A stretch of DNA of 64,000 nucleotides, taken from NCBI GenBank assembly GCA_963665775.2, contig CAXXTF010000001.1, positions 640,001 through 704,000 on the forward strand, read 5' to 3'. Position 1 is the stretch's first letter, and each line of letters starts with the position of its first letter. The notes beneath the pieces were generated by a model. It was not told where the DNA came from. It was given only the letters and a program-made list of their open reading frames with translations, and ran no database searches. A program made the translations under genes and the position numbers. The stretch is from Dehalococcoidia bacterium (GTDB lineage Bacteria; Chloroflexota; Dehalococcoidia; SM23-28-2; RBG-16-64-32). Positions 61,316 to 64,000 of this stretch are shown here, piece by piece.

Positions 61316-63019
61316 CCCGAATCCACCGAAGGACACGGATGGACGGCGTGAGGACAGCGGAAGGGGGTGGGTGAGGGAGCTACAGGGGAGATGGCCTGGG
61401 GTCTTGGGGTAGATGGGAGGCCGGCGGACGGTCTTCAGTCGCCGCACAGGGCCCCTAAGGCCCTATGCGGGAGTTGCGATGCGCGGGATGGCGAGAGGAT
61501 ACGCAGCAGGGGACTCTCGCGACCGGGGTGGCGCGAGATTGCGGGGACGTTGGGTCAGTTGCAGGCTGGCCGTCAGGCCGGGAATGGAATGGCTTGCAGC
61601 CGGGCCAAGGCGCGACTGAACTGGGTTTCCCAAGGCCAGCGCCGGGGGAGATGCAAAGTGAGGCGGCGCGCCGAGCGGGTGATCCGTCCCACGAGAGCGA
61701 AGACCCGCCGCCTGAGGGTCTTGGTGGTCACGATCTGCTGACCCAGGCCGATGCGGGCTGTCCAGCGGGCCAGGTTATGCGCCATCACCTGGACCGCCAG
61801 CCAGGCGCCGTTGGCGGCGAAGCGCCCCGACGGCATGTGGTTCAGCCCGACGCCGTACTTGAGGTCGCGTATGGCGTTCTCGACCTCGGCGTGGCGGCGA
61901 TGATCGGCCTCCAGTTCCAGCGTCTCCCCATCGCGGTCGGTGATGAAGGCGTGATAGCTGTATCTGGCGAAGAGGGCGAGCTGGGAACCGGGCGTCGGCT
62001 TCACCCGCCGGACAATGAGCCGCACCGGCGCGGCGTCCGGCTTGGTCTGGAACGGGGTGTAAGTCGTCTCGGCGACATCGGCGGCGCCGTCCATCCAGTA
62101 GGGAATGGGAGTCCAGTCCTCCTCTGGTATCGCCTCGATCAGGTCCCGCAGGCTGGCGCGCTGGCGGATGGTGATAGAGAAGCGGACATCCATTTCCCGG
62201 CAGGCGGCAACGACAGTGTGGGCGTAGAAGCCGCTGTCGGCCCGCACCGTGAGTTGTCCCCTGGCCCCGCCGTAGCGCACCCGCCCCACCGTCTCACGCA
62301 GGAAGTGGGCGGCGCCACGGGCGGTGTTGGCCCGGCCCTCGCGCAGCCGGGACATCAGCACCTCGCCGGTGCCGGCGGCAATGGCCAGCAGCGGGTGATA
62401 GCCGCGGGCGCCGGTATAGCCGTGGTGGCGCGCTCCCTCCTTGGCCAGTCCATAGGTCTCGCAGATGGTCGAGTCCAGGTCGATGGTCAGGGGCGAGTCG
62501 CCGGGTCCGGCCCCAGCGGCCCAGGCCCGGGCCAACAACTGGCGGCTCACGCGGTCGAGTTGACGGACATGCCCCCACCGGAAGCTGCGCAGGAAGGTCC
62601 CCAGGGTGGATGGCGCCTTGACCACGCAGCCTAGAACACCGACCGTCCCACCAGCGCGCAGCGCATCGGCGTCGTCGATGCAGTCGCCGCCTGCCAGCGC
62701 GGAAGCGACCAGCGTCAGCATCTTGTCCCCAGTGTTCGCCCGTCCCGGCGCTCCGCCGAGGTCAAGGTGATGGTCGACGAGTTCCCGCAGGCCCAGGTGC
62801 CGGGCTAGGGTGGCTGGCAGGAGCAGGCCGGCATTGGCCACCAGGCGATGGTCGTCAAAGAGGATGCGGATACGGTCGGGTTTGTTCTGTGGCAGCATCT
62901 ATTGGGTGCTCCTTGTTTCCGGGCTGGTTTCTGTTCCAAAACCATTATCCCAGATTCAGAGGAGCACCCGATGGCTTCTTCAAGGACTGTCCCCAAGGCC
63001 GTCCTTCGGTGGATTCGGG
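61316..63019 (-). mobile_element. IS1380-family element copy 2 (1704 bp)
   Basis: Same 19-bp TIR; TSD CTAAG (61311-61315, 63020-63024). Confidence 0.95.
61573..62898 (-). CDS. IS1380 family DDE transposase (intact, 441 aa)
   Basis: IDLDST, GYHPLL, VRADSGF, EVENAIRDLKYG. Confidence 0.93.
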   Translation of the reverse strand: MLPQNKPDRIRILFDDHRLVANAGLLLPATLARHLGLRELVDHHLDLGGAPGRANTGDKMLTLVASALAGGDCIDDADALRAGGTVGVLGCVVKAPSTLGTFLRSFRWGHVRQLDRVSRQLLARAWAAGAGPGDSPLTIDLDSTICETYGLAKEGARHHGYTGARGYHPLLAIAAGTGEVLMSRLREGRANTARGAAHFLRETVGRVRYGGARGQLTVRADSGFYAHTVVAACREMDVRFSITIRQRASLRDLIEAIPEEDWTPIPYWMDGAADVAETTYTPFQTKPDAAPVRLIVRRVKPTPGSQLALFARYSYHAFITDRDGETLELEADHRRHAEVENAIRDLKYGVGLNHMPSGRFAANGAWLAVQVMAHNLARWTARIGLGQQIVTTKTLRRRVFALVGRITRSARRLTLHLPRRWPWETQFSRALARLQAIPFPA

Positions 63020-63674
63020 CTAAGGCTGAGGCGCTGCGGCCGGATGTAGTTCTCATGGATATCCGAATGGGCGAAGGGGATGACGCCAGCGGCATTGACG
63101 CCTGCCGCGAGATTCGCGCCGGGCTGCCTGAAACCCAGGTCATCATGTTCACGTCATACGGCCAGCGAGAGGCGGTCCTCGCGTCCATCATGGCTGGGGC
63201 CACCGGCTTTCTGACCAAGAATATTAGCCATGCGGATCTAGTGGCGGCGATTCAGGCCGCTGGAAGGGGCGAATCCCTGCTGGAGCCCAGCATCACCCGG
63301 GAGGTGATCGAGCGCCTTGCGGAGCTGAGTCAGGCGCCCTCCAAACCAGAGGACGTCCTGTCGGAGCGGGAGAAGGAAGTTCTCACGCTTATAGCACAGG
63401 GCTGCACCAATAAGGAGATCGCCGCAAAACTGTTCCTCAGTCCTTACACCGCCCGCAATCACGTCATCCGTATCCTCGATAAGCTGGGACTCTCAAGGCG
63501 GTCCGAAGCGGCAGCGCAGGCCATCAAACTGGGGCTGCTGCAGGGCAAGCGAGGGGACTAGCTGTCAGCCACGTCGCTGGACTAGATTCAGTCTGCCGAC
63601 CATCGGGTTCGGCGTACTGAACGTTATAGCTAGCCGTTGAATCGCGACGTGTTCAGTCATGATTGTGAAACAGT

Positions 63675-63706
63675 CCGGAGCACACTAGAGCCGGAGCACA
63701 CTAGAG
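63675..63706. repeat. Perfect 16-bp tandem duplication
   Basis: CCGGAGCACACTAGAG x2, followed by TATGAT. Confidence 0.85.
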
Positions 63707-63751
63707 TATGATGGGTTAGCTCGCTATGCAGCAGCCAGCTCGGAGGCGGAG

Positions 63752-64000
63752 ATGCGACGGCCAATCCTCATCAAGCTAATCGGTTTTGCCGTATTGGCGG
63801 TGCTTGTTTCAGCCCTCTTCGGATACGAGCGCCTGCAAGCTCACGGCACCCTCGATCAAGCCCTGACTGGCGACCCCGAATGTAACGCGATGAACTTCCG
63901 GGCAACCATATCTAGCGGGGGTTCGATTCGCCAAGAGTTTGTGCCGTCAAAATCTGGGCTTACCGCCGTTGACGTCTGCCTTTCCATCGGTACTGGAATA
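63752..64000 (+). CDS. Putative secreted protein, runs off window
   Basis: GGAGG RBS; MRRPILIKLIGFAVLAVLVSALFG signal-like N-terminus; open to window end. Confidence 0.65.
   Translation, partial: MRRPILIKLIGFAVLAVLVSALFGYERLQAHGTLDQALTGDPECNAMNFRATISSGGSIRQEFVPSKSGLTAVDVCLSIGTGI

Larger units (their letters stand above)
61172..63561 (+). pseudogene. NarL/LuxR response regulator interrupted by IS1380
   Basis: VLIVDDHAIVRAGL...ESLTK / AEALRPDVVLMDIRM...LSEREKEVL..IAQGCTNKEIA; removing IS and one CTAAG restores frame. Confidence 0.93.

Noticed and set aside
1-64000. Genome-wide TAG recoding (Gln or pyrrolysine)
   Set aside because: Many intact genes end in TAG at family-typical termini (1349, 3374, 7125, 17791, 61162), and one internal TAG replaces TGG in an otherwise near-identical IS copy
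1-64000. CRISPR array, retron or other repeat-spacer RNA array
   Set aside because: No run of three or more regularly spaced repeats with spacers was seen; no cas or reverse transcriptase genes

Overview
GC-rich bacterial chromosomal window. The expanded paralogues of SCP2/Ltp2-like thiolases, DUF35 OB-folds, amidohydrolases, CaiB CoA-transferases and GMC oxidoreductase suggest Chloroflexota/Dehalococcoidia; this taxonomy is inference only. It carries one tRNA-Gly(TCC), catabolic and transport genes, two fatty-acid desaturase paralogues and msrAB. Decay is heavy: two 1704-bp IS1380 copies split an ABC transporter and a response regulator, an IS1595 remnant with two cargo genes sits in a deleted decarboxylase, six degenerate ends of an IS3/IS481-like element are scattered, and many gene scraps remain. 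Two candidates for undescribed systems stand out. (1) A phage/satellite-like switch module at 48.5-50.8 kb: an Xre repressor divergent from an HNH, Zn-finger and SWIM operon, with a perfect sigma70 promoter overlaid by three 21-bp operator-like repeats. (2) A ynbABC-like phospholipid cluster at 52-63.5 kb, extended with an acyl-AMP ligase/ACP/acyltransferase fusion, a PlsC, a small TM peptide, a palindromic divergent promoter region and a two-component system. No CRISPR array or rRNA was seen. All family calls come from motif recognition, not database searches.
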